A stretch of 64,000 nt of DNA from sequence record NC_049850.1; one strand, written 5' to 3'. A program made the position numbers and the translations under genes. Position 1 is the first letter of the stretch. The number at the start of each line of letters is the position of its first letter. The notes under the pieces are model-generated. The model saw nothing but the letters and a program-made list of their open reading frames with translations. It had not been told where the DNA came from and ran no database searches. Positions 35,296-44,495 of the stretch are shown here, in pieces.

Positions 35296-37293
35296 TTAGC
35301 GACCAGCCACCGACGACAGCGCTTCCGTGAACGACACACCCTGCTTGCTGATAACGACCTGCAAGTTGATGATGTGGATCGGGATCACCGGGATGATGAT
35401 GACCGTCACGTTCCGGATACCGCTGTTGAAGTCCTGCGCTGTGTTGTTCGAAGCATCCGACACCACCTTGAAGTCCGAGATACCACGGGCATTCTTGATG
35501 GTTTGCAGATAGTCCGAGCACGACTGCACGATCTGACGACCCGTGAAGTCGTCGTTGGGCTCTTGCAGCGAATACAGCAGGAACTGGTAGAGCGCAACCT
35601 TGATCACGTTCACGATCCGGCGCACCGACAGCCACGACAGCGCGCTCATCTGCGCAGCCAGTGTCTGTTGTTCCCACAGCGCAGTGCCCTGACCCACGAA
35701 CGTCTGCGTGTAGTTGACTTGCGCTTGGAACAGGGCGTCCATCTGGCCTTGGTCGTACGTGTAGCGCGTACCCAGAACGTTGACGATGCCTCGGTTGAGA
35801 CCGGCAATCGAGAACGACGGGTTGGCCACGCGGTCGGTACGGGCGCACAGCGCAGCCGCCCAACCCGAGAACGGCACGTACTGCTGCTTGCCGTTGATCG
35901 TGTCGGCCTCCAAGACATCCGGGCAGAACAGAGCCGAGTACGTCGAGTTCAGGTTCAGTCGCAGGTTGCGATAGTTGATCGCTTGCTGGAACTGTTGCGA
36001 GTTCGACGGAACGTCAAGCAGTGCTACGCAATCGCCACGCTGCTGTGCAAGCGTATCCATTGCCAACTGAACGTCCGGGCTGCTGTGGCCCGAGTTGAGC
36101 AGGATGTTCACCTTGTACAGTTGCTTGTTCGCGAACACGTTCCACGCACCTGCCACTGCGGTCGACAGCGGAGCGGACCCCGAGTTACCACCAGCCATTG
36201 CCTGCGGGCCGGTGCTCGTGATCACGGGCAGGGGCTGCGCCGGGTCCATCAGCGGCACGTACGAGGTGACGCGGATGTACTGCGAGAACGGGTTGATGGC
36301 CTGTTCGAGTTCTGTTTCCAGCCCCGTGCTGTCCGTGTAATCGGTCAGCGAGCACGTGAATTGCTCAACCGGGTACTGGTCGCTGCGACTCTGCAAGAAG
36401 ACCGAGACACCGAATGTCGGGGGCGCGGCTGCTGCCTTCGACGGGTCGGTGATCGGCGGCTGCGTCGTGTCCGGAACAATCGAACCGTCGTCCGTGAACG
36501 TGATGTAGCTGTCGCCAGACTGCCCGACAGTGATCATGTAGCCCATGTTGTTGGCACCTTGCGTGCGGCCGTACACCTTGTAGCCTTGCGCGCCAGCAAC
36601 GGGTTTCCAGTTCAGCACCACCTTGTTGGTGTTGGTGCCACCGGTCGCGATGACGATGGTCTGCGCCGACGACGCGACAGTTTCACCGTTGGGGCCGATG
36701 GTCGACACCTGATACTGGTACGTTCCAGCGGGCAAAATGCCGCCCGTGGTAGCCGACGAGATCGGTAGCGTCGGGTCCGGAGCAACCGGCCATGCCGGAG
36801 CGGCCAATGCGCTGCTGCGGATCGCTACCATGTAGTCGTTCGCGTACGAACCCTGACCTTGACCCGGATAGAACAGGGCGATAGGGCGACGTGCTGTCGG
36901 TGCGTACGTGCTCTTCAGCACGTCCCAACTCGGGATCGTCGGGTCCACGATACCGCCCGTGATCGACACGAGCTTCGTGCTGCCGTCTTGGTCCTCGTAG
37001 GCCATGACTGCCGAATACAGAGCACCCGTGCCCACGACGCGAAGCGCCCAAAGCTGGTTGCCCTCTTTGAAGTAGTCGAGGCCACAGTACACGTCGAACG
37101 AGATACGCGCGTTCGGGTTGCCGTAGGCTGCGAGGTAGTCTTGTGCGTTCGTGTAGAGGACCGGCTTCGTCGTATCACCCTTGTTCGACACGATGATCTG
37201 GGCGGCAACCGAAGTCGACGCCGCAGTGATCACCTGCGACAAGTTGATTTCTTGGACGATGACCTTGGAACCTTGATTTGCGGAAATCGGCAT
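35296..37293 (-). CDS. contractile tail sheath protein (665 aa) with an FN3/Ig-like insertion
   Basis: N-terminal VIVQEINLS, AYGNP, YFKEGNQLWALRV; C-terminal SIAGLNRG, LSVRRIVNVIK, YSLQEPND motifs. Confidence 0.92.
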   Translation of the reverse strand: MPISANQGSKVIVQEINLSQVITAASTSVAAQIIVSNKGDTTKPVLYTNAQDYLAAYGNPNARISFDVYCGLDYFKEGNQLWALRVVGTGALYSAVMAYEDQDGSTKLVSITGGIVDPTIPSWDVLKSTYAPTARRPIALFYPGQGQGSYANDYMVAIRSSALAAPAWPVAPDPTLPISSATTGGILPAGTYQYQVSTIGPNGETVASSAQTIVIATGGTNTNKVVLNWKPVAGAQGYKVYGRTQGANNMGYMITVGQSGDSYITFTDDGSIVPDTTQPPITDPSKAAAAPPTFGVSVFLQSRSDQYPVEQFTCSLTDYTDSTGLETELEQAINPFSQYIRVTSYVPLMDPAQPLPVITSTGPQAMAGGNSGSAPLSTAVAGAWNVFANKQLYKVNILLNSGHSSPDVQLAMDTLAQQRGDCVALLDVPSNSQQFQQAINYRNLRLNLNSTYSALFCPDVLEADTINGKQQYVPFSGWAAALCARTDRVANPSFSIAGLNRGIVNVLGTRYTYDQGQMDALFQAQVNYTQTFVGQGTALWEQQTLAAQMSALSWLSVRRIVNVIKVALYQFLLYSLQEPNDDFTGRQIVQSCSDYLQTIKNARGISDFKVVSDASNNTAQDFNSGIRNVTVIIIPVIPIHIINLQVVISKQGVSFTEALSSVAGR

Positions 37294-37295
37294 GA

Positions 37296-37541
37296 TTACT
37301 CCTTGGTCAGTTGCGGAGCCGCTTTATCAGCGGGCTTCGCGATTTCGATTGCCGGTTCCGGGACCGACACCTGAACGCAACCCGGGTTCAGGGCGCACCA
37401 ACGCGCACACACCGTGTAGCCGTCCGGCAGATCAACATAGCGGCGGGCCATGATGCGCACGGAGCCTGCTGCTTTGCCTGCCGTGTCCACCAAATCCACC
37501 TGCTGCGGAATCCGGCTGATGTTATTCACTTTCGTAGCCAT
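37296..37541 (-). CDS. hypothetical protein (81 aa), probably structural
   Basis: AAGGAG RBS; co-transcribed with sheath. Confidence 0.7.
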   Translation of the reverse strand: MATKVNNISRIPQQVDLVDTAGKAAGSVRIMARRYVDLPDGYTVCARWCALNPGCVQVSVPEPAIEIAKPADKAAPQLTKE

Positions 37542-37572
37542 AAGGGCTCCTTAACTTTTAGCTTGTTCTTCA

Positions 37573-38274
37573 CTAACTGCGATCTGGGAACGCGAGAAAC
37601 TGCGTGCCGCCAAGGCGCTCACCAGCTTGCAACTTCGGCTCGTGCACGACGGGAATGCCGTCGTCGTTCAGCACGTTGATGGTGTTGATGACGCCTATCT
37701 CGCCCAGCACAGGTTCACTCGAATAGCCGTGGATAGTGGCGCTTACCACAACACCAAATGCAGTTTCGGTTTCCGTCACGTTCCCTAGCGATGGCGTAGT
37801 GATGCTCGAATCCAGAGTGACGCCAACACCGAACTTCAGGCGTCCGTATTGAACGCTTGACTTCAGATAGCCACCACGCCGGGCCAGCAACCAACGCCGT
37901 GCGAACGCCATAACCGAGCCTTGTTCTACCGATTGGAACTGGTTCGTGACATACGTGATCTCGATCTCGAAATCCGTGGGGATCACGCGGACCGTTTGTA
38001 CGGTCGACCCCGAGTTCACGTTCACGAACATGCCACGGCGCATCAGGTTGTGCGGGTTGTAGGACTCCGTATTTTCCGAGACCTTCTTGACCTCGAAGAA
38101 AGCATACGGATAACTGAAGTTCTTGTTGCCCTTACCGAACAGGCGTTCCATCACCACTGCCTTGTCATTCGAGTTCACGAACGCGGTCTTGGCGCAGTCG
38201 AACGTCTGCTGGAAGCGCTGCTGGAACCCTGCGAACACGAGGTAGTCGATGGGTTCTATTGTTGTTGATGCCAT
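37573..38274 (-). CDS. putative tail completion/terminator-type protein (233 aa)
   Basis: GGAGG RBS; between capsid and sheath; beta-rich; function inferred from synteny. Confidence 0.5.
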   Translation of the reverse strand: MASTTIEPIDYLVFAGFQQRFQQTFDCAKTAFVNSNDKAVVMERLFGKGNKNFSYPYAFFEVKKVSENTESYNPHNLMRRGMFVNVNSGSTVQTVRVIPTDFEIEITYVTNQFQSVEQGSVMAFARRWLLARRGGYLKSSVQYGRLKFGVGVTLDSSITTPSLGNVTETETAFGVVVSATIHGYSSEPVLGEIGVINTINVLNDDGIPVVHEPKLQAGERLGGTQFLAFPDRS

Positions 38275-38330
38275 GCTGGCCTCCAGATACGACAAAAGCC
38301 CGACGGCTTGAAGACCGACGGGCTTTTGGG

Positions 38331-38684
38331 TTACTTCTGCACCAGAGCGGCCAGAGTCGCTTGGAATTCAGCGGCGTCCGCGTCGGTGGCCGAAGCTTCC
38401 ACGCGGCCTGCCTCGTCGTCCAGACCGAGTTCTGCGCGGTCAGCGCCGAGCGCTGCGAGCACGCGGTTTTCCGGGTTCGCGGCAGCTTCTGCCTTCACAC
38501 GCTCCCGTTCTGCCTGCGCCGTTGCGTAGGCGTGGCCGTTCGAAGCTTCGATGATTGCCAGAGCGCGGGGTGCGTCCGGAGCCGTGCACGCGTCTTGGAA
38601 GAACTTTGCAGCGGTCTTGATGCGACCCTTCTGCATGTTGTCCATAGCCAGTGCAACGAAATCGAGCGAGCGATTGTAGTTCAT
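38331..38684 (-). CDS. hypothetical structural protein (117 aa)
   Basis: AGGAG RBS; directly after capsid gene; terminator-like hairpin 38297-38328. Confidence 0.7.
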   Translation of the reverse strand: MNYNRSLDFVALAMDNMQKGRIKTAAKFFQDACTAPDAPRALAIIEASNGHAYATAQAERERVKAEAAANPENRVLAALGADRAELGLDDEAGRVEASATDADAAEFQATLAALVQK

Positions 38685-38746
38685 TGCGTTCTCCTGAATG
38701 TTGTCCGATGTCTAAGTCAGAACCCGGGCGAACCCGGGCTCAGCGT

Positions 38747-39835
38747 TTAGACGCGCAGGCCAGCAGCCACCGAACGCGAGTTCGCGACCGAGATAGCCAG
38801 CGACTCGAACATCACCCAGCCACGACCCGGCACCTTCTCGATGCTGATGTCGATCGGCTGCGATTGCAGGCCGCCGCGATCCGAGTACGCACCGTGGTTC
38901 AGCGCGTCCGAGATCACGAAGAATTCGCCTTGATCCAGCACCTTGTGCTCGCGGTGACGGTACGCGTCCGACGTGATCGCGCAGCCGTACAGCGTGCCGA
39001 GTTCACCGGTCAGCAGGAGTTCGTGACGCGCAACCGGGTCGATTGCCGTGAAGAAGTCCGAGTTGCCGATGATGTCCTGATACAGGTCCGACGCCATCAG
39101 AACGTGCGGTGCCTTCAGGCCCCAGCGCGTGACGTTCGTCATCACTTGCGCGAACGTGTACGGCGTGAGTTGGCCGCTGATGATCGAGAGCGGGTTGTCC
39201 ACACCGATCAGTGCCTTGACCTGCGAATACCACAGGCGGTCTTCACCGACCATGATTGCTTCGGTCGCTTCGACGTACTTCTCTTGCAGCACGTCACCGG
39301 CCGACTGGTTGAGTTCGTTCTGCGGAATGAACGGTCGCGTGACCAGTTGCAGTTCCGGCGGCGTGAACCACTTGTCGCGCGTGATCTGCGCCTGAATCTT
39401 CGTCGGGCTCGTCGAGTAGACGGCCGTCACGTTCTTCGTGCGCAGCGGGAAGCGAACGATTGCGCCTTGCTCCACGTCGATACGCGTCAGGTACTTCCGT
39501 GCGAAGCCCTGACGGTTACACGTGATGTACAGCGAGTCGGCCATACGCTCGCCCAGCACGCGGTGCGCTTCGCTGTCGTTGAACGCAGCCTGCACCAGTT
39601 CCTTGCTGATCTTCGCGCCTTGCTCTGCCGACGCGAACACTGCGTCGCTGGCGGTTTCACCGCGCGAGCTTGCTGCCAGAAACTCCATCTGGCGGTTCAT
39701 GAGTTCGCGCTTGCTGCCCGCGTTCAGTTCACCGTTGTGGCCGACAGCGCGCTCGTTCGAGCCTTCGAAACGAAATTCGGAAGCTGCGACCATGGGCTTC
39801 TTCGTCGCAGTCACTTGGATTTTGTTGGTACGCAT
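38747..39835 (-). CDS. major capsid protein (HK97-fold expected, 362 aa)
   Basis: size, strongly biased codons, position after protease/scaffold/decoration and before tail genes. Confidence 0.8.
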   Translation of the reverse strand: MRTNKIQVTATKKPMVAASEFRFEGSNERAVGHNGELNAGSKRELMNRQMEFLAASSRGETASDAVFASAEQGAKISKELVQAAFNDSEAHRVLGERMADSLYITCNRQGFARKYLTRIDVEQGAIVRFPLRTKNVTAVYSTSPTKIQAQITRDKWFTPPELQLVTRPFIPQNELNQSAGDVLQEKYVEATEAIMVGEDRLWYSQVKALIGVDNPLSIISGQLTPYTFAQVMTNVTRWGLKAPHVLMASDLYQDIIGNSDFFTAIDPVARHELLLTGELGTLYGCAITSDAYRHREHKVLDQGEFFVISDALNHGAYSDRGGLQSQPIDISIEKVPGRGWVMFESLAISVANSRSVAAGLRV

Positions 39836-39930
39836 ATGTTACTCCGTGTTGGTTGGGAGTCCCCGGCTTCGAGGACTCCTGAATTCATGTCGTTAGGACT
39901 GAATTAAAATTACCGATTGTGCGTCGCTGC

Positions 39931-40641
39931 TTAGTGAGCGTCGAACGACAGGCCGAGGAACGGAATGTCCGAACCCGGAACCGACAGGACGTATGCGCCC
40001 GGAATCGGCGTGCCTGCGGGAGTCGCAGCAGCCGGGTCACCCATCGTGACTTGGCCGCCTGCGCCCATCAGGATCGTGTGTGCGGCGTCGCTGCCAGCGG
40101 CCTGCCAGTTCTGCGAAGCGTCGAACTGCGAGGTGAACACCGTACCGCGCGTGATCACGCCGATCTGGCCGATGTAGTCACCGATGTAGCCGCCCGGCTG
40201 CACGTCACCGAACAGCACGCGACGCTGCACTGCGGTCAGCGCGTACTTGTAGGTGACAGTCACCGTGTTGCCCGGCGTCAGGCCCGTGATCGAATCGACA
40301 GCCAGCGTCGTGCCGGTTGCGGGTGCGTTTGCCGTCACGTCGAACGCGAAGTACTCCGTGTTGCTGATCGGTGCGAGCGACAGTTTGACCTTGCCGGTTG
40401 CCGGGACCAAGAAGGTCTCGACCTTGTTGTACGTCGGTTCCGGGAACGGTGCAGCCGACGTGCCTGCGAATGCGAAGCCACAGAACAGGTCCGTTGCTTG
40501 GCCGGTCGACGGGAACACGCCGTTGGCGGTATTGCCCTTGGCGCGTGCGACCACTTGGCCTTCAGCCGTGAACACCGATTGCGGCGCGACGTTCATTTCC
40601 GTGCTTTGCTCGATCTTGGTAGCGGGCAGGTAAAAAGACAT
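39931..40641 (-). CDS. putative head decoration/cement protein (236 aa)
   Basis: Gly/Ala/Thr-rich beta protein immediately upstream of capsid gene. Confidence 0.55.
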   Translation of the reverse strand: MSFYLPATKIEQSTEMNVAPQSVFTAEGQVVARAKGNTANGVFPSTGQATDLFCGFAFAGTSAAPFPEPTYNKVETFLVPATGKVKLSLAPISNTEYFAFDVTANAPATGTTLAVDSITGLTPGNTVTVTYKYALTAVQRRVLFGDVQPGGYIGDYIGQIGVITRGTVFTSQFDASQNWQAAGSDAAHTILMGAGGQVTMGDPAAATPAGTPIPGAYVLSVPGSDIPFLGLSFDAH

Positions 40642-40732
40642 GTGTTTTCTCCAGTTGAGATTTAGGCAGTAGAACTGACTTTTTCCTTTAGTCGTCAGTT
40701 CTACTGTTCCCTTTTAAATTAGGGAAGGTGGA

Positions 40733-42439
40733 TTACATACCGAACGGCAGTGCAGCTTCACCCGAGAGGATTGCTGCTGCGGTGACCGACATGCCGCCAC
40801 GACGCGAAGCCGTCGTTGCTTGGCGGCGGGGCGATGCGTAGCCCGGGCGTGCCGAGAACAGTGCAGCCTTCACCGAGGTCGGTGCGCGCGAATCTTCTTC
40901 GAACTGGTCAACGAATTCCGGACCGGTGTCGCATGCTGCCGCGTCGGTTTCGTGATCGTCTTCCTCTTCGTCCATGCCTTCGTCATCGCCCAGCATGTTC
41001 AGTGCCGTGACGTGCGAATTGCGGACTTCGACCGGCAGTTCACGCAGTTGCGAGGCAATCGTCAGGATCGCCTTCGCGTAGTCGACGCCTGCGCTTGCGA
41101 ACACGCGACGGATCAGCTTCTCGGCACCGCGCACGCCCGCAGCCGAGAACTCGGCTTCCAGCGATGCACGCAGTTCGTTGCGAACGTCCTTGAAGTAGCC
41201 AGCGCGGTTGATACCGACAGCCGCGATTGCCATACACTGGTCCATCGCCTCGTCTTGCGCTTGCGCTTCGGCACGGAGACCCGCCGTCAGCTTCAGGGCC
41301 TTGGCCTCGACGCGCTTGTTCAGCACGTCAGCCTTGCCCAGATTCACGGTTGCGAGAACGAAGCCCATGCCCTTCAGACCGGCACGCAGACCGTGCTTTT
41401 CCATTTCGCTGGCCGTGACCGATGCGAAGTTGTCCGAAAGATACATCTTGTCGACACCGGCCTTGACTGCTTGGCGCTGCGACAGGTTTGCGATCACGCG
41501 CGGGCCCTTGAGGACGCGCACGTCGGTGCCCACGTTTGCGAACACCACGTCTTCCACGTCGTCGTCCGGCACACCGTCGATGTCGACGATAGGCATTTCT
41601 TCTTCGGCCGGTGCGTTCTGGAGGATTTCGTCGTCCGTCACCGTGTCCAGTGCCGGAGTCGTCACACCCGGTTCGTCTTCAGCGTCTTCGAACGTGTCGA
41701 CATCGGCAACCGCGCCCGGTTCGAGCATCAGCGATTGTTCGGTAGCGCCTGCACCCGGTTCGAGTTCCGCACCCGAATCGGCGTTCGGGAGCACCGGAGC
41801 GGTGCCCGGTTCTGCGCCGTCGGTCGGGGTTTCGCCCGTCGTGATGTAGCCGTCTGCCGGATCGATGTCGTTCGGCATCGTCTGCGTCGACTGCTGGCCG
41901 ACTTCACCGGTCTCGTGGGCACGACGCGAAGCCAAGCCATCGCCTGCGGCCTCGACGCCCGAATCCGTGCTCGTGTCTTCCGACGCGTCCGGATCGTTGT
42001 GGATCGCGGGGCCTGCGGGGGCCTCGTCGTTGCGCAGTTCGTCAGCGATGTTCGGGCTCTGGTCTTCGAAACCGGCCTCGGTCGGAACCTTGGGCTTCGA
42101 TTGCGGTGCCAGCTTGACTTCGCCCGGATGCTTCTTCGGCTTGTCGAGCGCCTTGCCCGGTTCGACCTTCGGGCCGCCTTCGTCAGCAGCAGCCGTGGTC
42201 TTGCCGCCGTTCATGCGGTTTGTCTTTTCCGAGAACTTCGTGTCGTTGTTGAAGTGCGTCGAACCGCCCGGCTCTTCGCCCGGCTCGTGCAGCATTTCAG
42301 CCTTCGTCGAACCGTGACGCAGTTTCACTTCCGAGGTCTCGGCCGCTTTCGTCGTTTCGTTCGGGAAGTGGAGCGAGGTGGAAGCCGCGTTTTCACGAGC
42401 AGCCACGACTTGTTCCTTTTCTTTCGTCAGGATTGCCAT
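40733..42439 (-). CDS. putative prohead scaffold/core protein (568 aa)
   Basis: acidic low-complexity N-half, helical C-half; between protease and capsid genes. Confidence 0.55.
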   Translation of the reverse strand: MAILTKEKEQVVAARENAASTSLHFPNETTKAAETSEVKLRHGSTKAEMLHEPGEEPGGSTHFNNDTKFSEKTNRMNGGKTTAAADEGGPKVEPGKALDKPKKHPGEVKLAPQSKPKVPTEAGFEDQSPNIADELRNDEAPAGPAIHNDPDASEDTSTDSGVEAAGDGLASRRAHETGEVGQQSTQTMPNDIDPADGYITTGETPTDGAEPGTAPVLPNADSGAELEPGAGATEQSLMLEPGAVADVDTFEDAEDEPGVTTPALDTVTDDEILQNAPAEEEMPIVDIDGVPDDDVEDVVFANVGTDVRVLKGPRVIANLSQRQAVKAGVDKMYLSDNFASVTASEMEKHGLRAGLKGMGFVLATVNLGKADVLNKRVEAKALKLTAGLRAEAQAQDEAMDQCMAIAAVGINRAGYFKDVRNELRASLEAEFSAAGVRGAEKLIRRVFASAGVDYAKAILTIASQLRELPVEVRNSHVTALNMLGDDEGMDEEEDDHETDAAACDTGPEFVDQFEEDSRAPTSVKAALFSARPGYASPRRQATTASRRGGMSVTAAAILSGEAALPFGM

Positions 42440-42569
42440 AAAGGTCCTCTGTTATCTAGGTGGGAGTACGATAAAAATGCCGAATGTGCGAAATTCGGTA
42501 AGCATCGTCCTACCCACTCGCACACGGTTACACGGCAGTCGGGAGTGCGAAAAATCCGACTGCGCGGTG

Positions 42570-43463
42570 TTACGTTAAAATTGAGTTCTGCGAATTGTTA
42601 CGCGCCACAGAACCAAAATCCACCACATTGTCCGAGAGTGCGGGTGCCCACGCCGGGTCCTTCACAATCGAACACTCAATCGGCTGAATTCCGTGAGCAT
42701 TCAGGAATGCCAAATGAGTAGAGCCGTCGAAATCGCGATATTTCTTCCAGTTCACGTTTTTCGTGCCCGTGATGTGGCCGCACGTGTGTCGCGTAGAGCA
42801 CGAGGCCCCGCAGTAACCGCACGTGAAATACTCGACAAGAGCACCCATCGAGTAGGTGTTGATTTCCTTCGTCAGCACTTTCTGTGCAACATCCGGATAC
42901 TTGTTCTTATCGATGGCCAGCAACCCCATCACCTTCCAAAGCTTCCCGTCACCGTAGCCGTCGACTTTGTGGAACGACGCATCGAGGATGATGCCGTACG
43001 CACGTTCGTGGACTTCGTTGTCATGTTCTAGGTGGACTGGGCAACCCTTCCACGCCTTATACGACATGCGGTTCGTCGGGGGCGGCAGGAAACGCGCGAG
43101 TTCATCGCGCGGAAACGCGATACCGTTTCGGTTCGGGATATCGGACGGACACACCAGCGTGTTGACGATGATGTAATCCTCGATGCGCGGGCTGATCTTG
43201 TAGGTTTGTGCTGCGAACGGAAGCCACGTTTCGTAGTCCAGACGAGATACCAGTGTCTGGTCCTTCTCTGCGTCCATCGTTTCCTGTGCCACACCAACGT
43301 TGTCACCACGCCCCGTGCGCATCGCCTCGTGTTGCGCTTCACCCTGATCGATCTCGGGCGCGCGTTGCGGATTCAAGTTCTCGATTTCGTGGGGAGTCGT
43401 AGTGGAGTCCGAACGAATCTGTTGGGGCTTCTTGCCCCATGCGCTTGGCATCATTGGTTTCAT
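42570..43463 (-). CDS. prohead (maturation) protease with C-terminal Cys/His zinc-finger-like motif (297 aa)
   Basis: PNRNGIAF, PVHLEH (His), YSMGA (Ser), then CGYCGASCSTRHTCGH; synteny. Confidence 0.8.
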   Translation of the reverse strand: MKPMMPSAWGKKPQQIRSDSTTTPHEIENLNPQRAPEIDQGEAQHEAMRTGRGDNVGVAQETMDAEKDQTLVSRLDYETWLPFAAQTYKISPRIEDYIIVNTLVCPSDIPNRNGIAFPRDELARFLPPPTNRMSYKAWKGCPVHLEHDNEVHERAYGIILDASFHKVDGYGDGKLWKVMGLLAIDKNKYPDVAQKVLTKEINTYSMGALVEYFTCGYCGASCSTRHTCGHITGTKNVNWKKYRDFDGSTHLAFLNAHGIQPIECSIVKDPAWAPALSDNVVDFGSVARNNSQNSILT

Positions 43464-43472
43464 ACAGCCTCC

Positions 43473-43883
43473 TTACTTAGCGGCTGCGTAGAACTCGGTG
43501 CCCGCAGTTGCAAACGTGAGGCGCAGCGCCGAAAACACCGGAATCGTAGCCATCGTGATCGCGCCTGTTCCCGGAACCGTCAACTCACCTGCCGTATCCC
43601 AGACAACAGATTCCTGTACAGCGGGGTCCGGGTCGGTTGCGAGACCGGCGTTCGAGAGTGTGAACGCCACCTTCACCGAACCGCCCTTGGCCTGAAACGC
43701 GAACCCCAGTTGGGGCAATCGCGAATTCGAGGCTAGTTCGGACACCGAAACGTAGGCAACGTCACCGTCTGCTTGCGACGTGGCACCGAACCAACCGATA
43801 ACACCGTCTGGAACCGAAGCCGCGCCAATACCGCTCACACCGTTTCGATACGGTGCGTGATTACCATGCAGTTTGACCGCCAT
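43473..43883 (-). CDS. hypothetical structural protein (136 aa)
   Basis: AAGGAG RBS. Confidence 0.7.
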   Translation of the reverse strand: MAVKLHGNHAPYRNGVSGIGAASVPDGVIGWFGATSQADGDVAYVSVSELASNSRLPQLGFAFQAKGGSVKVAFTLSNAGLATDPDPAVQESVVWDTAGELTVPGTGAITMATIPVFSALRLTFATAGTEFYAAAK

Positions 43884-43893
43884 GATTCACTCC

Positions 43894-44418
43894 TTATGCT
43901 GCGTTGTGCTCGTCGCCTTCAGCAGTGTGTTCGTCAGCCGCTTCGTGCTGTTCTTGTGCCTGCTCGGTGCCTTCCGTGCTCACGTCGTGGGCCGTTTCTG
44001 CCGGGGGTGCGTCAGCAGCTTCGGTTTGTTCCGGAGCGTGCGTTTCTTCCGTCGCGTCTGCGCCAGCGCCCGCGTTCGCAGCCGGGTCCGCGTCTACAGC
44101 TTCGGGAGCCACGGCGTCAGCAGCCGGAGGCGCTTCGACAGGTGCCGGTGCCTCGACGGGGGCGGCCACTGGTGCCGGTGCTTCAGCCTCGATGGAGACC
44201 GGCTCGGCGTCTGCGGCGGCCGGGTGACCCGGGAACGTGGTGGGCATGCGGCTCGGATACGCGAGACCGCCACCGACTTCGTGCGGCTGCATGCCGAAGT
44301 ACTTCAGCGCGAACATGTGGAGGTGATGGAAGTCCTCGGACAGCATGTGGACGCCTTCGGAAACCGCGAAACCTGCGTCGCGCAGGGCTTGTTTGATCTT
44401 TGCGTAGTCAAAGCTCAT
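43894..44418 (-). CDS. hypothetical protein (174 aa) with Ala/Glu/Pro low-complexity tail
   Basis: AAGGGG RBS. Confidence 0.7.
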   Translation of the reverse strand: MSFDYAKIKQALRDAGFAVSEGVHMLSEDFHHLHMFALKYFGMQPHEVGGGLAYPSRMPTTFPGHPAAADAEPVSIEAEAPAPVAAPVEAPAPVEAPPAADAVAPEAVDADPAANAGAGADATEETHAPEQTEAADAPPAETAHDVSTEGTEQAQEQHEAADEHTAEGDEHNAA

Positions 44419-44495
44419 GGGCTTTTCCCCTTAGAAAATGAAAAAACGGCAGACAAGTTTCCCTGTCTGCCGTCATGAAATTGCTGATTGTGTGG

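Noticed and set aside
35029-36768. 579-aa plus-strand ORF
   Set aside because: Lies antisense to the tail sheath gene; Arg/Val/His-rich composition typical of a reverse frame
40820-42721. 633-aa plus-strand ORF
   Set aside because: Antisense to the scaffold-like gene; no independent signals
44474-44482. AATTTCAT as a late promoter for 43894-44418
   Set aside because: Immediately followed by a strong terminator hairpin (44441-44473), so not counted among the late-promoter sites
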